A DNA stretch of 64,000 nt. It comes from Eledone cirrhosa. Lineage: Eukaryota. The DNA lies in NCBI GenBank assembly GCA_964016885.1, contig OZ024747.1:19778001-19842000 (forward strand), written 5' to 3'. Made by a program: the position numbers and the translations under genes. Positions 13,462 through 26,769 of this stretch are shown one piece after another. The notes beneath the pieces were generated by a model. That model was not told the origin of the DNA. It saw nothing but the letters and a program-made list of their open reading frames with translations, and did not search any database. Each line of letters starts with the position of its first letter. Within the stretch, counting starts at the first letter, position 1.

Positions 13462-14331
13462 TATTTAAATTTAGATTTTAATTTTAACATTTTAAAATTT
13501 AAATTTAAATTTTATTTCTTTATTTATTTAATTTTTATTTATTTATTTATTTCTTTATTTATTTAATTACATTTAATTACATTTAATTATACATATAATT
13601 ATAATTACACATTTGATTTTAATTTTAATTTAGTCTATGTTATTTGATTTTAGTTTACCTTATTTTATCTTATTTTACGATTATACTATATTATGTTCTA
13701 TGTATATAATTTTTAATTTTTAATTGTATATTATTTTATCTCATTCCTTACCCTATATTTTATATTTTATATGTAAGTTTGTTATGTATTTCTTTGTATT
13801 TCTTTTTATATATATTATAAGTCTGTTTTTTACCTATTTTTTACCTATTTTTTACCTACTCTTACCTAATCCCATTATCTTATCTACTCTTGTCTGTTCT
13901 CTTATCCATGTGTCTACTCTTATCTGTTCTCTTATCCATGTGTATGCTTGTATGTAACTATATGTTGACAGCACACCGCCCAACTGTGACAGATAGCACC
14001 ACTTATTTTTATTTTTATTTTTATTTATTTTTACTTTTATTTTTATTTTTTATTTTTTATTCTTATCCTCTATCGTCTATTATTACCTTTCATTCTTCAA
14101 TGTCTTGGATTTGTTATTGCTTGTATGGTATGTAATTAACCTTTATGCTCTGATGAGTCCCACTTATAGTGTGGATGAAACAATGTTAGCAAGTAAAGAT
14201 ATGCATATGCTATAAGCGTTCTTTGTTATTTATTTATTATATTACGGCTCTGTCCTCAGACATTGAGCTAACCTCATACTGCCTGCTGGATAAGTGGAGT
14301 GTTATACACCCCTGATCCTTTCCCTAGCATA
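10690..14331 (+). mobile_element. 5'-truncated Penelope-like element with ~2.5-kb 3' non-coding region ending in (TA)n
   Basis: GIY-YIG ORF, then a non-coding region with internal direct repeats (12940-13300), an HHR at 14141-14198 and a TCCTCAGACATTGAG tail motif, then a long (TA)n. Continuity of the 3' region as one element is inferred. Confidence 0.7.
14141..14198 (+). ncRNA. Type I hammerhead ribozyme (minimal, PLE-type)
   Basis: Stem I CTTTA-TGCT / AGCA-ag-TAAAG; CTGATGA at 14150-14156; stem II GTCC-CACT tat AGTG-t-GGAT; GAAAC-aat-GTT. Predicted GUU cleavage after 14187. Confidence 0.8.
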
Positions 14332-14439
14332 CTATATATATATATATGTATATATATATATACATATATATATATACATATATATACATATATATATATA
14401 CATATATATATGTATATATATATACATATATATATATAC

Positions 14440-14514
<75 letters not shown>

Positions 14515-14515
14515 C

Positions 14516-14574
<59 letters not shown>

Positions 14575-15410
14575 TATACATATATTTATATATGTAAATA
14601 TATATATATATATATATATATACTGTGATTTTCTTCTTGACCTTATCGACTCTATGTGTCTATCTATATCTCAATTTCTATATCATCAACTTCAATCACA
14701 CAGCGCGGAACCAATTACAGCAAGTTAGCCGGATGTTATTTCGAAGCAGATATTTGACACAACCATATTGGATGAATAATGAATTATGTTAAAAACTGTC
14801 AAAAGTTCAATGCCTCCTTCATTTATCGACCACCTTCCATACAATATTTGCTTTATAGGGCTGACAGTAGCACGGCAACTATTCCATTCTTTACTTTCTC
14901 TCTTCTATAACAGGTTTGTCAAAATGTTTACATGCTATCATTCAAAATATGTGACAATAGTACTTCTAGAAATATCATGGGATATATTATTGCCTACAAT
15001 GTATACATAACACAGCACTTTCACAATATATAACGTCAAATATAATCCAAGTGTTGTGATTAAGTGTTCTTTGTTTCATGTTTCTCTTGTTAGATATATA
15101 TTTACGGTCAATTTTCATGAATAACCGTAAAAAATGGGTTAAAATGTATGCTTTTTGTTCCAGCTGTAACTATAAAACAAGAAACATTTCGAAATAATTG
15201 ATTTATCACTGCAATGCATGCTAAAGTGTTTGGTTTACTAAAGCATGGGTATAATACCATTAAACCGGGTAGCGATATTTATCTTAAATCAAGCTCATAT
15301 TGAATCGCATTACTGAGAGAGGCTGAAATGTGTACTATTAGATTAATTCAACTATTAAATTCCACTATAAAAAAACAACAACAAATTATTCCTTATAGCA
15401 ATAGCGTTTT

Positions 15411-15562
15411 GAGAGTAAATAGCAACATTGAGAGTAAATAGCAACATTGAGAGTAAATAGCAACATTAAGAGCAAATAGCAACATTGAGAGTAAATAGCA
15501 ACATTAAGAGCAAATAGCAACATTGAGAGTAAATAGCAACATTGAGAGTAAATAGCAACATT
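15411..15562. repeat. Minisatellite, 8 x 19 bp (GAGAGTAAATAGCAACATT)
   Basis: Direct reading; copies 4 and 6 carry the variant AAGAGCAAATAGCAACATT. Confidence 0.95.
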
Positions 15563-16227
15563 ATGGAGGAATATTTCAACTCAGCCTTTACTAAAACATT
15601 CAATCCCCAGAAGTCTTAGCATTGAACCTTTCGATTTTTGGATCGAACAGGCTATGACATCTCCATATACATTGTTGGTCACGATGTGATTTAATTCCTT
15701 TCTTGTTTGCTCCATCCTCTTTGATGCAAACCCCGTGATTATATAGTTTTCCCATGGATTCTAGCTCTTTCAAGTAGTTTCTTCCGATCTCTTATACACC
15801 TATCGACAACTGCACGGGTCCACCTGTTGTCTCTAAACATTGTGACATGTCTGAACGTCCGGAAATTTTGCTTTCGGGATCTGTTATCATATCACTCACT
15901 TCTTCCATTCTCAAATACTTTCGTTTTGGATGTGCACTACGATGATATGCTTTTCGACTGACGTCATCGCCATCGTTGTAGTTATTGTTGTTGATTATGT
16001 TGTATGTTGCAACTGTGGTGAAGGGAGTTGTTTCATTGGGGTTGTTAAATATATGTTATCTGTGTTTTTGAAGGGTATGAGAAAAGATGATTAACATTTT
16101 TAAAAAAATCCTAAACGTTCAGAATATATTTTAGAATTTATGTTTAGAAGAGTGTGAAACAAAATGTCCTGAGCAGGCGAAAGGGGAGCAGTACAAATTA
16201 AAATACCAAATTCCTATGCGGGTATAT

Positions 16228-16246
16228 GCTACTACTACTACTACCT

Positions 16247-16306
<60 letters not shown>

Positions 16307-16362
16307 ATACTGCTATTGCTGCTGCTGCTGCTGCTGCTACTACTACTACCACCACACCCACC

Positions 16363-16408
<46 letters not shown>

Positions 16409-16409
16409 T

Positions 16410-16452
<43 letters not shown>

Positions 16453-16460
16453 GCTGCTGA

Positions 16461-16526
<66 letters not shown>
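16228..16526. repeat. (TAC)n trinucleotide tract with TGC/CAC interruptions
   Basis: Direct reading. Confidence 0.97.
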
Positions 16527-17000
16527 ATTCAGTATACAAAGATGCAGGACAGTACAGGAAAGTAGTAACAACTGAACACGTACATCTATATAATGAAGCT
16601 AACCTAATTCCAGCTTCCAATGCAACAAAGCCAGAATGTCTAAAATCATTTAGTGAAAAATGCACGGCCAATTCCCACTTCACATCCACTTGTCTTACTA
16701 TTAATGAAAACCATCCTGATATTGTTATTAAACATTTTAAAAACAAAACCTACCTACTATTTGACATGACTATAAAATGTGATAAAGATGTCCAAACAAA
16801 AGTGTATGAAGAACTTATAAATATAAAGATCTTGATATTCAAGGAAATAGAATGTGGTGCCTTAAAACAGAATTATTCCGTTAGTGATAGCACTAACTGT
16901 CATAAGGAATGGTGCTCAAAGTTTTCTAGAAAACGTACGTGGTAAACGTAGCATCTATGAAATCCAAAACAATGTTGTAAGAAGTAAACTGTTGTATTTG
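16527..17000 (+). mobile_element. Decayed 3' fragment of an R4/Dong-like element (RLE domain) adjoining (TAC)n
   Basis: NHPDIVIKHFKNKTYLLFDMTIKCDKDVQTKVYEEL parallels NRPNIILKDFKKRVCLLIDMSVPIDKNVSIKTFEKL at 32.1-32.2 kb; followed out of frame by SIYEIQNNV. Confidence 0.75.
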
Positions 17001-17916
17001 TTTTACATGTCAACACACTATATTTTCTGTTTAATGTTTTTTAAAAGTAAAATAATATTGAATACTATTAAAATATTCTTAATGTAAAACTAATTCATAT
17101 CTTTTATACTCTTTTATATTTCATTTTAGCCCCACCCCCTGTCTTCCTATGCTTATATTCTCAATATATTGGTTTTACATATCAGCTTTTGTGATATGAA
17201 TCCTGACGTGAATGTGAGCATGCAACGATATCAAAAACCTATCGAAAACAGTCAAATCATCGATGCCTGCCGTAAGTATCTGGTTGATATTCGGCAGCCA
17301 TTGCATATAAAGCGAAATCAAAGGGAAAATACAACTATTAATAATAATAACAATGGCGTTGATAATAATCTTGTAATATTTGCAATTTCACTTTATGAAA
17401 TATACTTCACCTAAAAATATTCAACCAGATCGTACAGAATACCAGGTGAATACTGTGTTGAAATAATACTAATAACAATGGAAAATAAAATAGCGGCAGT
17501 GACATCGACAACATTAATATCAACGTTACTAAAAATACTAAACATTATGACCAAAGTAGTCACAAAGAATTGCAACAACAGCAATAAAAGCATTAACATC
17601 CCCAGAAACAATAGAAAGCTACCATCAACATTAACAAGATTAGAAAAATAAACAAATACAAAGCAACACATACAATATAAACATTCAGATAAATACAACA
17701 AATGAAAAATAAGATGAAAAGCACCTAAAATCAGTAAAAATATAAAAGCTTATAAGAAAGAAATAATAAAAATAATACACAGACACAAACACACTCTTAT
17801 AAAGATATATGTCCGCCCGTGTGTGTGTGTATGTTTGTATGTTCGTGTGTATAGATGTATACACACACACACACCCATATATATATATATATATTATGTA
17901 CATATATATATATATG

Positions 17917-17996
<80 letters not shown>

Positions 17997-18061
17997 CATA
18001 TATATACATATACACACATATATATATATGTATATATATATGTATATATATATATTCACAT

Positions 18062-18102
<41 letters not shown>

Positions 18103-19567
18103 CACATACACACACACACATATATATAGATATATAGATATATAGATATATGCACACGACAACAAAAAAGCTCAAAAGACTAGGCCTATTGTTGTTGTCT
18201 AAAATGCCAGACTTCCCAACCAGTTCATTTGTCAACAAAATACGATTTCAATGAAACAAACCTTATTGACTATATGCCAAGTAACAAGACATAACTAATC
18301 AATTTGGATAATAAATTGTTATTTGGTGTTATTGTTATGGTAGTCGTAGTAGTGTTGATAACATGTTTGCGCTGAGATCGGTGGTGGTGAGGCTTTAAGT
18401 GATGGGCTTTGTGGCGGTTGCGATGCTGGTGGTAATGGAATTATTACTACTGATACCAACGGCCGTGGCATTGCTTATGATAATGTTAATAAGCGTACTT
18501 GTTTTGCTACTGGTAATTGTAGGAAAATAAGTGATGCTGATAATACGAATAGAGGTAATTTCGGTGGTGATTATTGAGTAGTTATTAGTGATAGTGGTGT
18601 TGGTGTGCGGTTGATAGTTGATAATGGTGTTCAATATGGCTGTGATCGGGATATTTGTGTTGCAAATGGCTCTGGTGGAGATTGTGGTTACTTATAAATC
18701 AAGATCACCTTGAAAAAGCAGACCTACGGTAAAAAAATTACTTTCCAAATGTAACGGCACCGTGGGCCTTTCAGACATTGCGTAATTATTGATTTGAGAG
18801 AAATATCACTGTTATTTCTAGTCGTTTGTGAGACTATGTTGAAGATTTGTCATCATTTAGGTAATTTACTAAATGGCGGTTGTGGTGGCTTTATAAATGG
18901 GAATGGTGTCGGTTACGATAAAGTCGATATTGCTGGTGATGGTAGTTGTGATTTGTTTGTGATGGTGATGGGATGATAAAGGTCCTGTTAACTATAATGG
19001 ATTTAGGCTTCATGGTATTGATGTAGACGGAATAATGTTTTGTGGAAGAAATATCTGTGTAGTGTTGGGTGGGGTATAGAATGAATGGCTTTCTTTAGAG
19101 CTGTGTCTGATGAAACACAGGGGTGTATGTATAATTAACTATGGGAGCGCCTGTATAAATAACTATGTTAGCGTATACACATGTCCCAGTAGAAGTTAAT
19201 TGTATATGTGCGTATGTAACTATACTTATCTATATGTATAGAGATAAGTGAAGTATGGAACAGGCGATCGAACTGGTAGAGATTTTAAAAGGTGATTAGC
19301 AGATTTTTACAGATTTGCTACACATATAGCTCGATAAAGTTATTTTGTTATCTTTCCACTGTGAATCTTTCTCTTTCTCTCTCTCCTTCTCTCCCCCTCG
19401 CTCGCCCTGCCTTTGTATCTCTGAAGCACTCTACTTAGATAAATTGTTCTGACATTCTTCTTTCTATGTTCACTTAATTTCCCTATCAATATTTTGCTTT
19501 CGTTTTTATCTGACTGCTTTCTTTTCGTGATTCAAATTATTTCTGATATACTTCACGTTTCCCTAAC

Positions 19568-19684
<117 letters not shown>

Positions 19685-20056
19685 TTCTTTCACACACACA
19701 CGCACATATATACATATATATATATGATGGCTGCCCCCTCGTTATCGAGTATGGCCATTGACGATATAACATTATTAATAATTATTAATTAATTCTATCA
19801 TACATATAGTACAAGGACCGGTTATCGAAGAAACAACACCATACGTTCGGTGAGACCCTGTATCATGATGAGAAAAACCGTTTTTCGGGGGAAATTATTA
19901 GATTTTTCCAAATTTAAAGGTTTCTTAAGAAGCTTCTATGTTTATTTTAAGTTTTGCCGTCTGAAGAGCTCAGGCTTTTCATAATTGACAGTCCTCACTG
20001 AAATATTTATAACGGAGTTTTAAATAAACCCGAATCAACTGAATATGGCCTCCGAT

Positions 20057-20663
<607 letters not shown>

Positions 20664-20674
20664 TATATATAAAT

Positions 20675-20707
<33 letters not shown>

Positions 20708-20721
20708 GATAATATATATAT

Positions 20722-20778
<57 letters not shown>

Positions 20779-20789
20779 TATAATGGGCC

Positions 20790-21730
20790 CTCCCGTCGGA
20801 TTTCGGTATATGATGGGACAGAAGTCTTTGCAGTTCATTTTTATGATTATGTCTTAGATGCCACTTGAATGTAGGCGATGTTTTACAAATGAAGCCGTAT
20901 TTAGTTCAGAGGACAGGATTTCGAACAGAGCAGAATGGAAAGTTTGACTGAATCTTGGTGTTAGATTTAGATCATGTTGAAGGACCAGACGAGATTTTCC
21001 AAACTTTTTTTATACCTTCATGGCAGACTGTCCTCCATTTTGCTCGGTCAGCAGCTAGGGCTTCACTAGAAGTAAGAAGTATGTTCACAATTTAAGATTG
21101 TACTTCAGTTTATTCGTGTAGTGGTTTGCCTATATTACGTGCACCATTATGAAGTTATTGTATATAAACAGTACATTGGCTGTGCGATCTTCAGTCATCC
21201 GTAGGATATGTTTAGCCCATCTAAATTGGGATTGCATCAGAAATGACTCAATTCAAATGATGTTGTACACCGTGAACAGATCGGTATTGGAGATACTGTC
21301 AGAAAGTGCATAAACACTGAGCGAAGAAAATATATGTGGATGCAATAAAGTATCCATGACTCCGAGTCTTATAAGAGTTTCTCCCTATCCTTGCACGATA
21401 AACTGCAACTTTTGTCTTCAGACATTTGCCTTTGACATACCATAGACGCTGATTCAGTTTGCTTAAAGCGTCATTTGCTATGGAGACACATCATCCAGAG
21501 ATGCAGAGGCGATCACATTTCTGCCAAGGTAAGTATACGAGTTCACATACCAGATACTTGCCATCAACAATGACGGAAACAAGATGATGCTCGTGCCCCA
21601 GCCGTCTCTGCATAACATCTACTTGTCTGCGGGGGGGGGGGGGCTTTTTTTGATACACCACCTCAGTCTTCTTGACAGTGATTATTGAAATACTTGGCGG
21701 CCAACGTTGTCTTATTTCCTTACAATTCAA
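20790..21730 (-). mobile_element. Decayed RTE-clade (BovB-like) LINE 3' fragment
   Basis: ITVKKTEVVYQ, IANDALSKLNQRLW, KTKVAVYR and QSQFRWAKHILRM remnants across frames. Confidence 0.7.
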
Positions 21731-22678
21731 TATTACGATTAATATAAATAATCATTTCCAACACCCACACAAATATTCATGCTTTCTTTGTCATAATAAA
21801 ATCTGTTTTATAGAGTGAAATCATTATTTATTCATCATCAGATGAACGAAAACATTTTAAAATAATCGTACAGCAAAAAAAAAAAAAAAAAATTTAGATA
21901 TGATAATAATCATAGTTGCAATATAACATTTAACAAAACAGACAAAACATCCAGTTTACAATATATGACAACATATGTAAAATATCTATTTTTTTAATAG
22001 CTACTTTTTGTCTTTCTCTCTGCCTTCTATAATATACCATTATATCTGTATACATGGTACATTTTTACAAGATCACCTATCTCGAGTTTGTGAAGAAATA
22101 CATTTTCTCGTATGTTTGTGTGTTTGCAGTGACTGTGACCTCCAGACCTGTTGGAAATAAATTATTTTAGAAATATTGGAGAAGGAAGCGGTGAACCTCT
22201 CCGAGGCTTCTCACACTCGGACATACCATTACAATCACAGCTACCTCTTCGTGGTGGAAATTTTGGCCTACGTTTTTTACTGTTTTGAAAGAATCTGACA
22301 TTGAAACCGGACGGAAATTATTCGTCGTCTAGTTACATAGTTGCGGTGCTAACCTTAACTCTGACCCTTACTCTAATCCTTAAACCTAACAGTAGCCGTA
22401 AAATTAACCTTGACTAACATTAACCCGAGAATGGAAAAAACGCACCTGTAAACTAGGTAAGATATTTTCCCTTGAAATACGAGAAAGGTGTCCTTGTAAT
22501 AAAATCTCCGAGCGTGGGAAACTCCGCGGTTCGATCAACAACCTTGGCTATATTCAAAACAAACTATGGAGGTTAAATTCATCGAAAATATGAAAGAAAC
22601 AGAGGAAAAAAATATGTGTACAGTAACTACGACTGATATACTTGTTCAAATAAATAAATCTATATATATATATATATA

Positions 22679-22982
22679 GAGGACAGTTTAAGGATTTACA
22701 GAAACCCAAGAAGCTAGATTTACCATCTTTCTAGCGGGTCCGGGTATGCTTTTTACATTCATTTGATTTATTGATTTATTGATTTTTTATCTGAGTGTCC
22801 CGAATCTTCCAGATCGCAATTTTTCGGTCGTATGTTTGATTATAGACTTGTTCTATGTGTGACGGTATTTTAACGATAGTTATAGCTCTGATTTATCTAA
22901 ATTATTGAGCCCTCTGCCGCTCATATCGAATTTTGTTTATCGTGAACTCGTGCGCCGATTTTCCGATACTCGATTATTCAAC
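22679..22982 (+). mobile_element. TA-flanked insert with PLE-like tail motif
   Basis: Bounded by (TA)n; ATTGAGCCCTCT lies ~75 nt before the 3' TA tract. Confidence 0.35.
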
Positions 22983-23000
22983 TATATATATATATATATA

Positions 23001-23204
23001 TTAATAAAAGGAATTCCAACTTTGTCTGATTTACTCGTTTTATTTACAATCCTTTAAAATTATAATGATAATATTATAAAATAGTATGGTAGAATATTAA
23101 ATGTTAAGTGTTAATTGAACAAGTAGTTTCATGCTTTCGCAATCTTCAGGTTCATATTCAGTGGTGACAGTCAATATAATATTCTATACGCAATCATACA
23201 CACC

Positions 23205-23206
<2 letters not shown>
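23001..23206. mobile_element. HHR mini-element copy 2: core (23001-23174) on minus strand, tail (23176-23206) on plus strand
   Basis: The core is the reverse complement of 9573-9747 and the tail matches 9749-9780 directly. The minus-strand HHR at 23116-23154 has an intact CTGAAGA. Confidence 0.8.
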
Positions 23207-23250
<44 letters not shown>

Positions 23251-23252
<2 letters not shown>

Positions 23253-23353
23253 CGAAGGAGATGGGGTAAGGAACCTAACGCACCAGCGTACTCAATACTT
23301 AGGGTAGTAGAGTTGGCAATAGGAAAAGGTATGACCCAGAGGTCATACCTTTT

Positions 23354-23358
<5 letters not shown>
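23251..23358 (-). mobile_element. Fold-back mini-element, short form (18-bp arms)
   Basis: ATAGGAAAAGGTATGACC-caga-GGTCATACCTTTTCCTAT plus the family tail; (TA)n on both sides. Confidence 0.85.
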
Positions 23359-23391
<33 letters not shown>

Positions 23392-23397
23392 CATATA

Positions 23398-23770
23398 GTA
23401 TTATTCCTTTGCTATTATTACTCCAAGAAAAGGCTGCCTAGGAACTTTCTTAAACTGGCCACCCGAATAAGGAAACTTCTTGTTAGGTCTAACAACGCCG
23501 TACGTTAAAACTATCCTCGACAAAGAGTACTCAAAACCCCTAACTGGATTACCTTAAACGATACCTTGTTATCTTTTATATATATATATATACTTTTCAA
23601 CAACTAGTTCGACAGCTTCTTCCAGTCTGGAACTAACTGTTGAAACGGAAAAGTGCAGTCGTCGTGCTCCGAATCTTTATAATATAACCATACTATATTA
23701 TCCCAAGTATCGAGTATTCTGTTGAGTAATGGTCTAACTAGTTTAAAACTGGTTGTTACCTCAGAGGATG
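23398..23770 (+). mobile_element. Two further TA-separated PLE-like termini (23398-23577; 23592-~23770, a diverged relative of the fold-back family)
   Basis: TCCTCGACAAAGAGTACTC and TATCCCAAGTATCGAGTATTCTG tail motifs. Confidence 0.45.
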
Positions 23771-24839
23771 GGAAGAAATTCATAGAACGCTGGTTGACAG
23801 ATGTAGAAAAATTCAGAAGCGCTTGCCTTTCTTCATTCTTTTCCTGGAGGTCTTGAATGTGTTGTTATGTTGTGAAAGAAGCACCACTTTTATTATGTCT
23901 TTCTTTGTGTTATAAGGGAATATACATCTAGATTACACCAGGGGTGAAATCATTGAATATATTATCCAATAAATGCTTCTTGATGTAGTGTTATTAAGTA
24001 TGACATGATGAAAAGTACCTGTTAACTCTAGCAGGATTATTTAACCGGAGGATTCTACAATACAGTAGAAGCTCCCAATTTAGGTTGATGTAGTGTATGT
24101 GTAAATGATGTATGGAAACACAAACATAATTTTCAGAGTGGGCACCTGATTGCTAAGAGTTGAGTTATATTATATTGTGGACTTACAGCAAATCGATTCA
24201 GCAAAGCAATTAGACAAACATAGTTCCTTTCTTGCTAACTCGCTGACTTTTCAAAATGAGAATAATGATATATTGATTTATTATATAAATATTGAACCAC
24301 ACATTTAGTTGTGTATTTCGATGCATTAATATATACATAAAAGCACACACTCCCATACATATGTACTTAAATACAATGCCAAAGCGCAAAACAGCAAACG
24401 ATCGTTAGATAAAAAGAAAAGGAAAAAGAAAAACAATTGACTTAAATAAGTAAATATTTAATTTACGAAAATACAAGAAAATCTCATTAGAAAAAATATA
24501 GAGAAAATTAAGAAAAATATTATCATAATAATCTTTTAGATGTATTTTTAATCAATATGTTTTAAATGAGTTGATCATTCAAAAATAGACTAACCTAGAA
24601 ACACACACGCATACAGAACTACAGGCACTATAGACATAATTGCATACATACATGCGTACATAGTACTTATATACATACACGCACAAGCACACACACACAT
24701 ATATATATTCACACACACATATAGATGAATACAAGCATATATCGCAAATATGGGTTTGTGGTTAAGGAATTTCCTTGACAACCACGTGGTTTCGGTTCAG
24801 ATACTATAGCTAGTGAAGTAGTGACCTCTAGGTCAGGAA

Positions 24840-25060
24840 ATGCTGAACGCAAACAAGACGACTACTATATTCTGTGATCTCTGTTCCAACAAGTACGTTA
24901 GGGCTACCTCCCTACTCACCACCATAGGCACTGAGCTGGCCAGCCGCAGGTGTGGGCCTCGGGAGGTGGAATGGCTCTTCCAACGCAACTTCCTTACCAT
25001 CCTCCGGTGAAACGCCTTCTCCATTCTGTCAGCCGGGCTGCTCACCATACCGAGAGATAG
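24840..25060 (-). mobile_element. GC-rich decayed fragment, possibly the C-terminus of a CRE-type RLE retrotransposon
   Basis: Local GC island; MVSSPADRMEKAFHRRMVRKL loosely resembles CRE RLE C-termini. Confidence 0.3.
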
Positions 25061-25179
25061 GGAGGGCGAGAGAGATGGAGGAGATGACAGTGGGAGTTGC
25101 GCTCTTCCACGTTCGAACCGTATCGTTGTGGTTGTTTTCATTATCTATAGAGTTCATTCTATTATTTAGTTGTTATATG

Positions 25180-25372
25180 AAGGGCGGTGGATTGGCAGTA
25201 TCAGTAGAGGGTCGGACGCCATGCTTTGACGTATAGAGTTACGGCTCTTGCTATTCTGAGTTCAAATCCCGCCGAGGTTAACTTTGCCTTTCATCCTTAC
25301 GGGGTCGATAAAATAAAGTACCAGTAATACACTGGGTATTTGCTGGCCTTGTGCCAAAAGTAGAAACAATTA
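25180..25372 (+). mobile_element. tRNA-derived SINE with Meta-like domain; 18-bp TSD
   Basis: A-box-like TGGCAGTATCAG, B-box GAGTTCAAATCC, GCCTTTCATCCTTACGGGGTCGATAAAATAAAGTACCAG. TSD ATTATTTAGTTGTTATAT at 25161-25178 and 25369-25386. Confidence 0.9.
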
Positions 25373-25880
25373 TTTAGTTGTTATATACCTACTAGATTAT
25401 CTGAGGAAATCGACATATCCTGGATTGGCACATGTGCCAGTGTGAGATTTCTAAAGTAATCCCCGTTCACTTGGCACCTGCGACAGTAACTAAGATAAAG
25501 ATTTCGTGTCTGAGAAACCGCGTACATGTGGGTTATTATTAATCTTATTAATTCATCCCCTTAGACTTTCTTCGTGTATTGTCGACCTCTCGTAAAATCT
25601 AAGGAGTCCACTCTGATAAAAAAATGTCCCTATTTCTTGCTGCATTGAATAAGTAGGGAGAAACTGTAATTAATCCGACGTTTGATGTCATCTGTCAAAA
25701 CAACTTCGGTAATTTCTCTATTATATGTATATATATATGTACGCCAATACTCTCCCTTTTCTATTTTAAACAAGGCCAACATTTCTTCAGTCACAAATAC
25801 AGCGAAAGCTTCTATTTTTCTACTAAATTTCAAACTTCGGTCGCTGTTTCAAAACAAAGTTATGTATGTATATATATATA

Positions 25881-26062
25881 AACAAACAGGGTGTGGTAAC
25901 ATACCAGGTGGACCATAATGCACCAGAGTATTCGATACTTAGGGTAGTAGAGTTGGTAATAGGAAAAGAGTCAGGACCCCGACGGCTGAGCTCCAGCCGT
26001 TTAGGCTCTAGCTGTCAAAACGGCCAGAACTCAGCCGTCGACCATGTTATTCTTCACTCTTT

Positions 26063-26064
<2 letters not shown>
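25881..26064 (-). mobile_element. Fold-back mini-element, diverged copy
   Basis: Family tail CCAGGTGGACCATAATGCACCAGAGTATTCGATACTTAGGGTAGTAGAG plus an imperfect palindrome; (TA)n on both sides. Confidence 0.8.
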
Positions 26065-26117
<53 letters not shown>

Positions 26118-26473
26118 TTAATTCGTTCAATGAGTGAGTACATTATATATATGTACATAATACTAGTTGTGTCTCAACTAGATATATGAAATAGATCTTT
26201 TCGTGTATCGCGCGGGGTTCGAAATTTTAATGTCTTTTCATTTAATTTCACTTAAATCTGCTTCCATACAAACAAGAGTATCCGATCGATTTTGAAGTCT
26301 ATCATAAGGTTACTCCCTTGATAAGGGGTTTTTAAACATGAACATATTTGGGATTGTTAAATTTGATTCTTTTGTTATCTTGGCAATGTTTAGCAATCTT
26401 CATAACGCATTGTATTGGTCTTCAAAATTTGATTTTGTGTTTCCTATTAAACAATCCTTCAAGCAAGCTACAA

Positions 26474-26518
<45 letters not shown>

Positions 26519-26520
<2 letters not shown>

Positions 26521-26721
26521 CGAAGGAAATGTGGTAAGGAACCAGGTGGACCATAACGCACCAAAGTACTCGATACTTGGGGTAGTAGAGTGGGTAATAG
26601 GAACCAGTAAGACCCCGACAGCTGAGCTCAAGCCGTTTCGACGGCTAATTCTGGACCAGAATACTGGACCAGAATTAGCCGTCGAAACGGCTTGAGCTCA
26701 GCTGTCGGGGTCTTACTGGTT

Positions 26722-26726
<5 letters not shown>
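26519..26726 (-). mobile_element. Fold-back mini-element with perfect 58-bp arms
   Basis: 26597-26654 is the reverse complement of 26669-26726; ~78-nt unpaired tail; (TA)n on both sides. Confidence 0.9.

Positions 26727-26769
<43 letters not shown>

Noticed and set aside
15411-15562. Regular short repeats as a possible CRISPR array
   Set aside because: No spacers and no cas genes; eukaryotic minisatellite.
19725-20058. TA-flanked insert with TGATGA-GAAAAA..TTTTTC hairpin and CTGAAGA
   Set aside because: Hammerhead core spacing and stems could not be completed; at best a decayed relative.
22340-22430. Degenerate CCTAAC/TAACCC-like run as an interstitial telomere or Helentron-associated repeat
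   Set aside because: Too degenerate, and termini are not definable from a single copy.
24745-24830. Decayed SINE pieces (also 28575-28632 and 59510-59601)
   Set aside because: Only partial resemblance, no TSDs; not reported as features.
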